Positions 1 to 9,956 of a stretch of 64,000 bases of DNA are shown piece after piece (the stretch's first letter is position 1; each line of letters starts with the position of its first letter). A program made the position numbers and the translations under genes. Origin of the DNA: Minisyncoccota bacterium (GTDB lineage: Bacteria; Patescibacteriota; Microgenomatia; UBA1400; PJMF01); the NCBI GenBank assembly GCA_012515515.1, contig JAAYYE010000006.1, forward strand, positions 252 through 64,251, in the 5' to 3' direction. The notes beneath the pieces are model-generated. The model saw nothing but the letters and a program-made list of their open reading frames with translations, was not told the DNA's origin and did not search any database.

Positions 1-235
1 CTCTGCAATTCGAGAACATGAAGTCGGAATCGGTAGTAATCGCAAATCAGCAGGTTGCGGTGAATACGTTCTCGCTCCTTGTACACACTGCCCGTCAAAC
101 CAGCAAAGTTAGTAGCGCCCGAAGCGGGTGACCGTAACTCGCAAGAGAACGGCTCTTCTACGGCGAGATTAGCGATGAGGGTTAAGTCGTAACAAGGTAT
201 CGGTACTGGAAGGTGCTGATGGATCACCTCCTTTC
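1..235 (+). rRNA. rrs: 16S rRNA, 3' end (gene starts before the window)
   Basis: Conserved GAATACGTTC, TTGTACACAC.GCCCGTC, AAGTCGTAACAAGGTA and anti-SD GGATCACCTCCTTT (221-234). Confidence 0.99.
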
Positions 236-358
236 TAAGGAGAATGGGTAGGAGTTTTCACGACCTCCTTCTCCCGTTTAAGGCAACTTAAACGAAAAAT
301 TAAAAGCCTATGGACATAGGTGCCTAGGTCATTTTCTATCACTGTATTTACTGTTAAT

Positions 359-386
359 AAGAGACGAGCCCGCGGCTCGTTTTTTT
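359..386 (+). terminator. Intrinsic terminator after 16S rRNA
   Basis: ACGAGCC-cgc-GGCTCGT hairpin followed by a T-tract. Confidence 0.85.
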
Positions 387-495
387 ATGATTTAGCCCCA
401 GCGGCTTTTAGCCAATCCTCGTTTTCTATGATTTAATCTATCAAACTGTATCAAAATATATAAGATAGATCAAGCAAAAATAATTTAGCCCATAA

Positions 496-522
496 TTGGC
501 AGAGTACCGTTTTGACTGCTAA
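496..522 (+). promoter_or_regulatory. CIRCE-like (HrcA-type) operator upstream of clpB
   Basis: TTGGCAGAG-N9-GACTGCTAA versus canonical TTAGCACTC-N9-GAGTGCTAA; related copies at 3358 and 60307. Confidence 0.7.
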
Positions 523-621
523 TTGCCCCTATGCAAAAAAGATCAGTCGCGCTAAAATTGCTGTAGCAATCATTTACTTTTAATTATTTTGGGCCATTTA
601 ACTTACTTAAATGGAGACAAT

Positions 622-3186
622 ATGAATTTTGATCGATACACCACTAAAGCAGCAGAAGCCATGCAAGACGCCATGCAACTCGCTGGTAAATTAAAGCACA
701 GCCAAATCGATATTTGGCATTTATTGTTGGCTTTGGTTGAACAGGCAGGCGGCATCGTCCCTGATTTGCTAGAACAGCTAGATAAAAAGCCAGAAGCGGT
801 TGCCAACTTAATCAGAAAAGAATTAAGTCAATTAGCTAGTCTTGAAACAGTCACCCAAGCTTACGCTTCACCAGAATTAGCTAAAGTTTTAAGCCAAGCT
901 GAAACAGAAGCAGTCAAATTAAAAGATGAATATATCAGCACTGAACATTTGTTCTTGGCTCTCTTAAATCAAAAAAAAGTCAGTCAATTGCTCGATCTTG
1001 ATTTAGCCGCAGTCACTCAAGCCCTAAAAACAGTGCGCGGGCAACAACGCGTCACAGATCCAGAACCTGAAGGAAAATATCAGGCTTTAGATAAATATTG
1101 TTTAGATTTTACTAGCTTAGCCCGCTTGGGAAAAATTGATCCAGTCATTGGTCGTGATGAGGAAATTCGCCGCATTACCCAAATTTTGTCGCGTCGCACT
1201 AAAAACAATCCAGTTTTAGTGGGTGAACCGGGCACGGGCAAAACCGCTATTGTTGAAGGCTTGGCAAAAAAAATTATTGATGATGATGTTCCAGAAGCCC
1301 TCAAAAATAAAAAAGTGCTATCTCTAGACATGGGAGCATTAATTGCTGGAGCAAAGTATCGTGGAGAATTTGAAGATCGTTTAAAAGCCGTCATTAAAGA
1401 AATTGAAAAAAGTGAAGGGCAAATTATTCTCTTCATTGATGAACTACATAATATTGTGGGGGCGGGTGCCGCTGAAGGCTCCACCGATGCTGGTAATTTG
1501 CTTAAACCAGCCCTAGCGAGAGGGACTTTACGCACTATTGGCGCCACCACCCTCAAAGAGTATCGCCAGTATATCGAAAAAGATAGCGCGCTCGAAAGAC
1601 GCTTTCAACCGGTCATGGTAGAGGAGCCCTCAGTTGAAGATGCTATTTCGATTTTACGCGGCATCAAAAGTAAATATGAAGCGCATCATGGTGTGAAAAT
1701 TTTAGACAGTGCCATTGTCGCTGCCGTTAAACTTTCTCATCGCTACATCAGCGATCGTTTTCTGCCAGATAAAGCCATCGACTTAATGGATGAAGCTGCT
1801 TCGGCTCTGCGCATTGAAATAGATAGCAAACCCAGCAATATTGATCAGCTAGAGCGTAAAATTCGTCAACTAGAAATAGAAAGAGAATCTTTAAAAAAAG
1901 AAAAAGATCAAAAAAGTTTAGATCGTTTAAGCAAAATTGAAAAACAAGTTAGTGAATTAAAAGAAGAATATAAAGGCTTAGAGCTCAGGTGGAAAAAGGA
2001 AAAAGAAATCTTAAATTCCATTAAACAAGCTAATCAACAGTTAGATGATTTACACGAAGAAGCCAAAAGAGCTGAACGCAATTATGATTTAGAAAGAGCA
2101 GCGGCAATCAATTATGGTGAAATTCCGGAAATTGAGAAAAAAATCAAAGAAGCTCAGGAAAAAATGGCCAAAATTGATCCAGCCAAAAGATTACTTAAAG
2201 AAGAAATAGACGACAGTGATATCGCTAACATTGTGGCTAAATGGACTGGCATTCCAGTGGAGCGCGTCTTAAGTGAAGAGAGCGATAGATTGCTTAATTT
2301 GGAGAAAGCATTGGCTCAGCGAGTGCTTGGTCAAACCCAAGCCATTAAAGCCATTGCTGGAGCAATTCGGCGCAGTCGGGCTGGCCTCAGTGAAGAGGGC
2401 AGACCAATCGCTAGCTTTTTGTTTTTAGGTCCGACTGGTGTGGGGAAAACTGAATTAGCTAAAGCTTTGGCTGAGCAATTGTTTAACGACGAAAGTTTGA
2501 TCACTCGCATCGATATGAGTGAATACATGGAGAAACATAGTGTGGCTCGCCTCATCGGCTCGCCACCAGGCTACATCGGCTATGAAGAAGGAGGGCAACT
2601 GACTGAAGCCCTGCGACGCCATCCTTACACCATTGTTTTGTTAGATGAAATTGAAAAAGCGCATAGTGAAGTTTTCAATATTTTATTGCAAGTGCTGGAT
2701 GAGGGGCGCTTGACCGATAGCAAGGGTCGCACTGTTAATTTTAGGAACAGTATTATTATTATGACCTCCAATTTAGGCAGTCAGATTATTAGTGAAACCA
2801 ATCACGACCCCGTCGAGCAAAAAAAAGCCCTCGATGGTTTATTAAGAGTGCATTTCCGCCCTGAGTTTATTAATCGCCTCGACAATGTCATTATTTTCCA
2901 AAACCTTGGTCAAAAGGAAATCAAAGACATTGTTCGCTTGCAACTTAATTTAGTAGCCAAACGATTAGCTGAGCAAGATATTGCCTTAACATTTGGCGAA
3001 AAACTAATTGAGCATTTGGCCGATGCTGGTTATGATCATGTTTTTGGCGCACGGCCTCTGAAACGCTTAATTCAAAATGAAATTTTAGATCAACTGGCAG
3101 AAGAAATTATTGAGAACAAACTAAAAGCTGGTGATAAATTAGAAATAGATTGGCAAAAAAATAAACTTGAGTTAATCAAAGGCTAA
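622..3186 (+). CDS. clpB: ATP-dependent chaperone ClpB
   Basis: Two AAA modules ([16 protein letters not shown]), long coiled-coil middle domain; start moved to ATG 622 after GGAG. Confidence 0.97.
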   Translation: MNFDRYTTKAAEAMQDAMQLAGKLKHSQIDIWHLLLALVEQAGGIVPDLLEQLDKKPEAVANLIRKELSQLASLETVTQAYASPELAKVLSQAETEAVKLKDEYISTEHLFLALLNQKKVSQLLDLDLAAVTQALKTVRGQQRVTDPEPEGKYQALDKYCLDFTSLARLGKIDPVIGRDEEIRRITQILSRRTKNNPVLVGEPGTGKTAIVEGLAKKIIDDDVPEALKNKKVLSLDMGALIAGAKYRGEFEDRLKAVIKEIEKSEGQIILFIDELHNIVGAGAAEGSTDAGNLLKPALARGTLRTIGATTLKEYRQYIEKDSALERRFQPVMVEEPSVEDAISILRGIKSKYEAHHGVKILDSAIVAAVKLSHRYISDRFLPDKAIDLMDEAASALRIEIDSKPSNIDQLERKIRQLEIERESLKKEKDQKSLDRLSKIEKQVSELKEEYKGLELRWKKEKEILNSIKQANQQLDDLHEEAKRAERNYDLERAAAINYGEIPEIEKKIKEAQEKMAKIDPAKRLLKEEIDDSDIANIVAKWTGIPVERVLSEESDRLLNLEKALAQRVLGQTQAIKAIAGAIRRSRAGLSEEGRPIASFLFLGPTGVGKTELAKALAEQLFNDESLITRIDMSEYMEKHSVARLIGSPPGYIGYEEGGQLTEALRRHPYTIVLLDEIEKAHSEVFNILLQVLDEGRLTDSKGRTVNFRNSIIIMTSNLGSQIISETNHDPVEQKKALDGLLRVHFRPEFINRLDNVIIFQNLGQKEIKDIVRLQLNLVAKRLAEQDIALTFGEKLIEHLADAGYDHVFGARPLKRLIQNEILDQLAEEIIENKLKAGDKLEIDWQKNKLELIKG

Positions 3187-3202
3187 GTTAATTAAAGGCT
3201 AA
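3171..3202 (+). repeat. 16-bp tandem duplication of the clpB 3' end including its stop codon
   Basis: gttaatcaaaggctaa / gttaattaaaggctaa. Confidence 0.85.
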
Positions 3203-3266
3203 GTTTGAATTGGCAAAGAGCTGATTTGTGTTAAAATATGATTCTGCTTAATTTTTAAAAATATAT

Positions 3267-3340
3267 GGGTGTGTAGCTCAGTTGGTTAGAGCGCAGTCCT
3301 GATAAGACTGAGGTCCTTGGTCCGATTCCAAGCACACCCA
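3267..3340 (+). tRNA. tRNA-Ile(GAT), CCA not encoded
   Basis: Cloverleaf GGGTGTG...CACACCCA; anticodon arm cagtc-CT-GAT-AA-gactg. Confidence 0.97.
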
Positions 3341-3357
3341 CTTTTAAAAACTCCCAT

Positions 3358-3384
3358 TTAGCAATCAAACTTGCACTCTGCCAA
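3358..3384 (-). promoter_or_regulatory. CIRCE-like operator upstream of lon
   Basis: TTAGCAATC-N9-CTCTGCCAA (reverse complement TTGGCAGAG-N9-GATTGCTAA), about 30 bp upstream of TATAAT at 3414. Confidence 0.7.
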
Positions 3385-3431
3385 TTGCTCAACATTTTTG
3401 CCTAAAGTTAGGGTATAATTAAACAGAAATT

Positions 3432-5777
3432 ATGAACAGTGAAGTTATTCAACTACCCAGTAATTCCTTGAATCTAGCGGTGCTTCCTATCCGCGAAGGA
3501 GTCTTATTTCCGCAAACTGAATCGGTTTTAGGTTTTGGTCGGGAGCTGTCTATTCAAGCTATTCGTCATTCACAAAAACAAAGTAAACATATTATTTTAC
3601 TCACCCAAAAAAACGCCCAAATTGAAAAGCCTCAAGCTAAAGATTTATACCAAATTGGCACCTTAGCCGTGATTGAAAAAACCATTCGTAATAATGATAA
3701 TATCAGCGCTTTGGTACGAGGCATTAGCCGAGTCAAAATCCAAAAATTCACTCAAGAAGAACCATTTATCCAAGCTATAGCTGATAAAGTTGTTAGTTTT
3801 ATTGAACGAGATGACGAATTAATTGCCCTCAGTAATCATTTACAAAAATTATTTCGCCAAACTGTGCAAATGGGCAAACAAATAGAGTTTTTAAATTTCA
3901 TTAAATTATTAAGCGGTGTTAATGAGGGAGAGATGGCCGATCAAATTGCCAGCACCCTCAATATTGCTACTGCCAAAAAGCAGCAAATATTAGAAACCAC
4001 CAATGTTAAACAGCGCATCCGCTTGATTATTGATCATCTATCTAAAGAGGTCAAAATTTTAGAAATTGAACAAGACGTTAATCTCAAAACCCAAGAAAAA
4101 TTTGATGAGCACATGCGCGAAAGTGTGCTTCGTGAGCGTTTACGCACCATTCAAAAAGAGTTGGGTGAACTAAGCGATGAACAAAGCGCTGCTCACGAAT
4201 ATGAAGAATTATTAAAAAAGAAACAATTACCTCAAGAAGCTGAAATCAGAATTAAAAAAGAAATTGCCCGCTTGGGGCAAATGTCGCCCAATAATCCAGA
4301 AACTGCTTATATTAGGAGTTGGCTAGATTTAGTGTTTGATTTACCTTGGCAAAAAAGTAAAAAAACCAATATCAATATTAAACGAGCGGCCAAAGTCCTC
4401 AATCAAGATCATTATGGTTTAGAAGAAGTTAAAGATCGAGTCCTCGAGCATATGGCTGTCATGCAGTTAAAAAATCAAAATGATAGTCAAGAAAAAAATT
4501 TACCAACTATTTTGTGTTTTGTTGGACCTCCGGGTGTAGGAAAAACCAGCATTGGTCGCAGCATTGCTAAAAGCTTAAATCGACATTTCATTAAAATTTC
4601 TCTTGGAGGAGTGCGCGATGAATCAGAAATCCGCGGTCACAGGCGCACCTATGTTGGCGCCATGCCTGGTCGCATTATCAAAGGTTTACAAAACGCCCAA
4701 AGCAATAATCCAGTCTTTATGCTCGACGAAATTGATAAATTAGGCCAAGATTTTCATGGCGATCCAAGCAGTGCTTTAATTGAGGTCTTAGATCCTGAAC
4801 AAAATTTTAGTTTCGAAGATCATTATTTAGACATGCCTTACGATTTGTCTGAAGTTTTGTTTATTGCCACTGCTAATAGTCTAGAGAGCGTGCCAGCGGC
4901 TTTATTAGATCGCTTAGAAGTGATCCAGTATTCTGGCTATACTCTCAACGAAAAATTTGAAATTGCTAAGCGTTATTTATTGCCCAAAACTATCAAAAAA
5001 AATGCCCTAAAAAAACAGCAAGTGGTCATCAATGACAAGCTTTTGAAACAAATAATCGCCCGTTATACCAGAGAGGCTGGCGTTCGTGATTTAGAAAGAC
5101 AACTGAATAAAATCATGCGCAAAAGTGCTAGAGAAATTTTAGAAAAAAATAAAAAAACCATTACTATTAATAATAAAAAAATTGTGGAATTTTTGGGGCC
5201 AGTGATTTTTGATGAAACCATCGCGGAAAAAAGAGATCAGGTTGGTTTGGCTGCGGGCTTAGCTTGGACCAGTGTGGGTGGTGATATTTTGTTTGTTGAG
5301 GTAGCTCTTTCTCCAGGAAAAGGCCGCATTAAACTGACCGGTAAACTAGGAGAAGTGATGAAGGAATCGGCTCAAGCTGCTTTAACTTATGTGAGAGCCC
5401 ACCACCAAGAACTAAAAATTGATATCGAGAAAATTAATCAAACCGATGTGCACATCCACGTTCCAGAAGGGGCTGTGCCGAAAGATGGCCCATCAGCGGG
5501 GGTGACAATTACCACCGCCATTGTCTCGGCTTTTAAAAACAAGGCCGTGCGCCGTGATGTTGCCATGACTGGAGAAATCACTTTGCGAGGGAGAGTCTTA
5601 AGAATTGGCGGTCTTAAAGAAAAAGCCATTGCCGCTCATCGAGCTGGCAGTAAAATCGTCGTCATCCCTCAAGATAATGAAAGAGATTTGCTTAAAATCC
5701 CCAAAGAAGTCACAAAAAATCTGCAATTTTTTCCCGTTAAAGACATTAAAGATGTGCTCAAAGTCGCTCTTAACTAA
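3432..5777 (+). CDS. lon: Lon protease
   Basis: N-domain, GPPGVGKT, catalytic [14 protein letters not shown]. Confidence 0.97.
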   Translation: MNSEVIQLPSNSLNLAVLPIREGVLFPQTESVLGFGRELSIQAIRHSQKQSKHIILLTQKNAQIEKPQAKDLYQIGTLAVIEKTIRNNDNISALVRGISRVKIQKFTQEEPFIQAIADKVVSFIERDDELIALSNHLQKLFRQTVQMGKQIEFLNFIKLLSGVNEGEMADQIASTLNIATAKKQQILETTNVKQRIRLIIDHLSKEVKILEIEQDVNLKTQEKFDEHMRESVLRERLRTIQKELGELSDEQSAAHEYEELLKKKQLPQEAEIRIKKEIARLGQMSPNNPETAYIRSWLDLVFDLPWQKSKKTNINIKRAAKVLNQDHYGLEEVKDRVLEHMAVMQLKNQNDSQEKNLPTILCFVGPPGVGKTSIGRSIAKSLNRHFIKISLGGVRDESEIRGHRRTYVGAMPGRIIKGLQNAQSNNPVFMLDEIDKLGQDFHGDPSSALIEVLDPEQNFSFEDHYLDMPYDLSEVLFIATANSLESVPAALLDRLEVIQYSGYTLNEKFEIAKRYLLPKTIKKNALKKQQVVINDKLLKQIIARYTREAGVRDLERQLNKIMRKSAREILEKNKKTITINNKKIVEFLGPVIFDETIAEKRDQVGLAAGLAWTSVGGDILFVEVALSPGKGRIKLTGKLGEVMKESAQAALTYVRAHHQELKIDIEKINQTDVHIHVPEGAVPKDGPSAGVTITTAIVSAFKNKAVRRDVAMTGEITLRGRVLRIGGLKEKAIAAHRAGSKIVVIPQDNERDLLKIPKEVTKNLQFFPVKDIKDVLKVALN

Positions 5778-5825
5778 GACATCGGCAAATTTGTTATACT
5801 ACGAGTAGTAATATAAAATTAATAG

Positions 5826-6806
5826 ATGATTAAGCGTTATTGGCCATTTTTTCTGTCGATTGTGATTTTAAGTGCTGCGCTGTTTCTGTATTTTAATCCT
5901 CCTCAATTAATTAATGTAGCTGGCTTACAAATTGAGTACCATGGCTCAGACCAATACGCCAGTGTTTTTTTAGATAATCAGTATTTGGAAAAAGCACCCT
6001 TGTCTGAAAGAACTATTAAGAGTGGCGACTATGTTCTGAAAATTATCCCTGATGATAAAAATTTAGCCGAACTGAGTTTGTTCATCACTTTAAATAAAGG
6101 CACGCTCACAGTGATTTCCTATACGCCAGGAGCCAGTGCCAAAGAAAGTTCAGCTAGTATTTATGAACTTGAACCTCTAAAAAACTCAGAAGATTTGGGT
6201 GTGCTCAGTTTTGAAACTTATCCAGAAAACGCTCTCCTCAGCTTTGCCGATGATGCCGCTCAATACACACCAGTAACTTTAGAAAACTTAACACCCAAAG
6301 AATATACTTATCAAGTCAGTCTGCCTTCTTATCAAACTCAAGAAAATGTCGTCCAAGTTTTACCTGGATATAAAATTAAGGCAACCATTATGTTGGCTAA
6401 GTTAAACTCAACTGTTATTGATCCAAATATTGATCTACAACAGGAGTCGGTCGACTCTATTGTGGATACCACTGCCAGTGACTCGACCCAGTTGCATGAA
6501 AATTTAACAGAAGATGAAAGCTGGGGCAGGGCAGAGGCAAGAGCAATTATTGGCAAAAAGGTCAAAATCAACAGCACCAATTTTTTTGTTGATAATTTAG
6601 AAGTTTTAAGAGTTAGAAAAACAGCTGATAAAAATGCCAAAGAGCTGGGTTTTGCAAAAACTAATTTTTATTATCCTTATTTAGAAGATTTGCCAGCTGA
6701 TTTAGAGGCTACAGCCAGTGCGCAAACTAAAGACTGGTTAAAGATCAGGTTTGAAGGGCAAGAGGCATGGGTGAGTGCCGAATTTGCTGAACTCGTCACT
6801 GACTAA
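5826..6806 (+). CDS. Membrane-anchored PEGA-domain protein with SH3b-like C-terminus
   Basis: N-terminal TM, PEGA-like repeats, C-terminal LRVR...WLKIRFEGQEAWVS. Confidence 0.7.
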   Translation: MIKRYWPFFLSIVILSAALFLYFNPPQLINVAGLQIEYHGSDQYASVFLDNQYLEKAPLSERTIKSGDYVLKIIPDDKNLAELSLFITLNKGTLTVISYTPGASAKESSASIYELEPLKNSEDLGVLSFETYPENALLSFADDAAQYTPVTLENLTPKEYTYQVSLPSYQTQENVVQVLPGYKIKATIMLAKLNSTVIDPNIDLQQESVDSIVDTTASDSTQLHENLTEDESWGRAEARAIIGKKVKINSTNFFVDNLEVLRVRKTADKNAKELGFAKTNFYYPYLEDLPADLEATASAQTKDWLKIRFEGQEAWVSAEFAELVTD

Positions 6807-6866
6807 AATTGAAGGACAAGAGGCATGGGTGAGTGCCAAATTTGCTGAGCTCATCAGCGATAAAGA
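6751..6866 (+). repeat. 58-bp tandem duplication of the 3' end of the PEGA/SH3 gene
   Basis: ttgaagggcaagaggcatgggtgagtgcc... at 6751, repeated at 6809. Confidence 0.95.
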
Positions 6867-6951
6867 ATGTTACTCTTACAGTGTTTTTACTTATTATTTG
6901 GAGTTCCTACACTTTTCAAAACCAGCCAATCTGTGCAATAATGACCACAAT

Positions 6952-7737
6952 ATGAACAATAATAACAATGCCTTTTTTAAATTTTTAATAGTTTTTATTC
7001 TCGGTTTTTCAGCTTATTTTTTAATCCAAAATTTTACACCGCTCACACTGTTTGATAAGGAAAAAAGCATCATTACTGTTCAAGGTTTAGCACAAGAAAA
7101 CGTCTCCAATCAGCTCGCTGAATTTTCTGCTGGCATTGAAGTAATTGCCCCAACAAAAGAGCAAGCAGTGAATAATGCCAATCAAGTTGTCGATCAACTC
7201 TTAATTGCTGTTAAAAAATTTGGCATTGCTGAAGAAGATATTCAAACCAATCAAGTAAGTGTCTATCAAGAAAATAAAGACCCAATTGTGCCATTGGCTA
7301 ATCCAGAGACAATGATTAGTGAAGAAATTATCACGGGTAAAACTGGTGATTGGCGAGCTAATACCAGCATCAGCATCACTTTGCGCAATGAGCAGAGTGC
7401 CTTACTCAAGCAAGAAAGTGAAGAATTACTACATATTTTAAACCAAAGCCAAGCAAATTATGTCTATGGGCCTAATTTTAGGCTAGACGAACAATATGTG
7501 AGCGAGGGCGAATTAATTAATAGCGCCGTAGCTGATGCCCGTAATAAAGCAGAAACTATTGCTGCTAAAAATCAACAAAAAATTGTCAAGATTTTAGAAA
7601 TCGTTGAGAATGATGTTAGTTATCGATCTTTTTACAGTAAAGAGTTGGCAGTTAATTCCGATATCTCAGCCACCTCACTAGAACCCGGATCCAGCACTTT
7701 ATCTAAAACAGTGGTGGTTACTTTTCAAGTAAAATAA
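6952..7737 (+). CDS. SIMPL/DUF541 family protein
   Basis: N-terminal TM, ITVQG, FGIAEEDIQT, AVADARNKAETIA, LEPG...VTF; start MNNNNN at 6952 (the ORF-track extension runs through the repeat). Confidence 0.85.
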   Translation: MNNNNNAFFKFLIVFILGFSAYFLIQNFTPLTLFDKEKSIITVQGLAQENVSNQLAEFSAGIEVIAPTKEQAVNNANQVVDQLLIAVKKFGIAEEDIQTNQVSVYQENKDPIVPLANPETMISEEIITGKTGDWRANTSISITLRNEQSALLKQESEELLHILNQSQANYVYGPNFRLDEQYVSEGELINSAVADARNKAETIAAKNQQKIVKILEIVENDVSYRSFYSKELAVNSDISATSLEPGSSTLSKTVVVTFQVK

Positions 7738-9901
7738 GATAATCCTGCTGCAGTCCGTCTTCGCTACCAGTCCAAGCTACTTGACCTAAGCTGAGTAGAG
7801 CCTGTTCATTTAAGTTGGGATATTTTTCTCGCTCACGATTGCTAATCACTATATATTTAATTTGATATTGATCTAAAAGAGCATGGCTTTGTTGACTAGT
7901 GGGATTTAGATAAATCGTTTCAACTTCGACCAGGCGCTCGGCTGGGAGATCCCAAGTGCCCCGCCACAACCATTCGTGAACCTGCCAACCAACAACAGTT
8001 GGCATACCAGAAAAAGCCGAAACCATGGAAAATTCAGTGAAACTTTCACCACTAGCTTCCAAAATACTAACTTGTTGAGCTTCATTATTTTTTAAATAAT
8101 TAACCATGGCATAAGAGCTTGGATATTTTTTATTCATCCATTGCAAACCATCTAAACCCTGATAGTGCTTAAAGCCATAGTAGTTTTTAAAAGCTAAAAC
8201 TGGATAAGCTGCTAAGCCAACAATTAAAGCAGTGATTGGTAAATAAAGAAATACAAAAGTGCGAACCGCTACTTTGACTTTGAATAATTTATTTTTTTTC
8301 CAGGGCAAAGATTCACGAATATCAATCAATTGCCAATTAAAGCATTGTTGGCTTTTTGCCCGACTGATAAAGAAAGAAATGGCCAAGGCCAATAAAATCG
8401 CTATCCAAATAAAACCTTGAAACATCAGCTTAAACATTGTATTAGATCGCGGATAGCCAGTATAAATATCTTTAAAATAAAAGAATTCAGTAAAAATTAA
8501 TAAGACAAGGAAAGCCAAAAAAGCACCCAGTGTAAAGAACCAAGCTGCCTCTTCTTTTTTACTTCGTCGTTTTCTATTAAGCAACAAAATAATAATAAAA
8601 ATTAAAACCGGTATTGTGTGAGCTCCCCATAATACTAATAATTGCCAAACTGGAGAATGTTCATTGGCCATGTGAACTCCTTCTGCAATAGATTGAAAAT
8701 TTAGAAACCAGGGCGCACTGACAATTGCCGTAGTTAAAGTTAAACCTAAAGCTGAACTGCAAAGTGGCCAGAAAAAATCAGTTCGCCACATCAATAATAA
8801 AACTCCCAAGACTAATAATAAAATAGCGTAAATAAAAACATCCCAGGTGTTAGTCATGGCTAAGACGCCAAATAATATACCCATACACAAACTTAAAATA
8901 AAAAATCGCTCAGCAAAGAGTTTGATGATTTTTTGTCTTTTAACTTCTTCAATTAATTCGCTTAACCATAAAAAAATTGTCATTAACAGCGCAATAACTA
9001 CAGGCATCGAAAAAACATGGGCGTGCAAATCGCTAACCACAAAACTATAAACAGGAAACTCATGAATAGCACGATCGATAAAACGGGTGGCATTAGGATA
9101 CCAATAATCAATAAAGTTGCCCTTGGTCAAAAAATACCAAATTGCGTGGCCATTGCCAAATAAAGTGACTAGCAAGCTGGCGAGTAGAGCAGTCCCAGCC
9201 GAAGCTGAAAAATTAGCTTGTCCTTCAGTCTTTTTTTCTTTTTTAACTGATAATTTCCAAGCAAAATGGCTTCTAATATTAAAAGTTAAAGAAAAAACTT
9301 CGCTAGCCAACAAAGCCATGACGGTTGCCAATAGAAAATTGTAAGAGTAAGCCAAATCAATTCGCCATAGATGAACTAAAATCGCACCCATAAAATGACC
9401 AAAGCTATAATAATTTATTGATTCGCCAGCAAACCAGATATCTGCTGCGGGCAGAGTAGGTGATTTCAGATAAGCCTGAATAAAACCAGCATCCATGAAT
9501 TTTTCTAAACCAAGAATCTCTGGTTGAAAACTTCGGACAATTAATAAAAAAACAAAAAAAGCTAAAAAGACTAGTTCCTCGATAATAATCTGGCGACGAA
9601 ACTTCTTCCAATAATTTTTAAGTAATGCTTGTTGTTGCTGACGGTGTTTGGCAATAAATAAAAAATAAATATTTACTAAAAAAAACACTAATAAGACAAA
9701 ATAGACGCCAACCACCGTGTTGATGGGGATTTTTAAGTAAGCGATAAAAAAGACCAGTAGCGACAGAATAAACCAGCTAAAAAAACGAGCAAAAGCCCAC
9801 AGGCCATCTTTAATTTGTGTAAAAGTTTTACTCAAATACGCAAACAAGGGAATTGCTAATAATTGTAAAAATAATAAAGATAAATAAACTTGAAAAATCA
9901 T
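7718..9901 (-). CDS. DUF2298 (YYY-motif) polytopic membrane protein, putative GT-C-like glycosyltransferase
   Basis: EKFMD, INYYSFGH, IHEFPVYSF..DLHAH, TNTWD, NTMFKL; ATG 9901 lies 7 nt after TGtTATAGT. Confidence 0.8.
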   Translation of the reverse strand: MIFQVYLSLLFLQLLAIPLFAYLSKTFTQIKDGLWAFARFFSWFILSLLVFFIAYLKIPINTVVGVYFVLLVFFLVNIYFLFIAKHRQQQQALLKNYWKKFRRQIIIEELVFLAFFVFLLIVRSFQPEILGLEKFMDAGFIQAYLKSPTLPAADIWFAGESINYYSFGHFMGAILVHLWRIDLAYSYNFLLATVMALLASEVFSLTFNIRSHFAWKLSVKKEKKTEGQANFSASAGTALLASLLVTLFGNGHAIWYFLTKGNFIDYWYPNATRFIDRAIHEFPVYSFVVSDLHAHVFSMPVVIALLMTIFLWLSELIEEVKRQKIIKLFAERFFILSLCMGILFGVLAMTNTWDVFIYAILLLVLGVLLLMWRTDFFWPLCSSALGLTLTTAIVSAPWFLNFQSIAEGVHMANEHSPVWQLLVLWGAHTIPVLIFIIILLLNRKRRSKKEEAAWFFTLGAFLAFLVLLIFTEFFYFKDIYTGYPRSNTMFKLMFQGFIWIAILLALAISFFISRAKSQQCFNWQLIDIRESLPWKKNKLFKVKVAVRTFVFLYLPITALIVGLAAYPVLAFKNYYGFKHYQGLDGLQWMNKKYPSSYAMVNYLKNNEAQQVSILEASGESFTEFSMVSAFSGMPTVVGWQVHEWLWRGTWDLPAERLVEVETIYLNPTSQQSHALLDQYQIKYIVISNREREKYPNLNEQALLSLGQVAWTGSEDGLQQDYLILLEK

Positions 9902-9956
9902 CCTCACTACTATAACAAAAAAATTCTAAGTTGTGATCTAGAATATTTCAGCAACA

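Noticed and set aside
6775-6951. N-terminal 59 aa of the SIMPL ORF as called in the track
   Set aside because: Derived from the tandem duplicate and intergenic DNA; the signal/TM segment begins after ATG 6952
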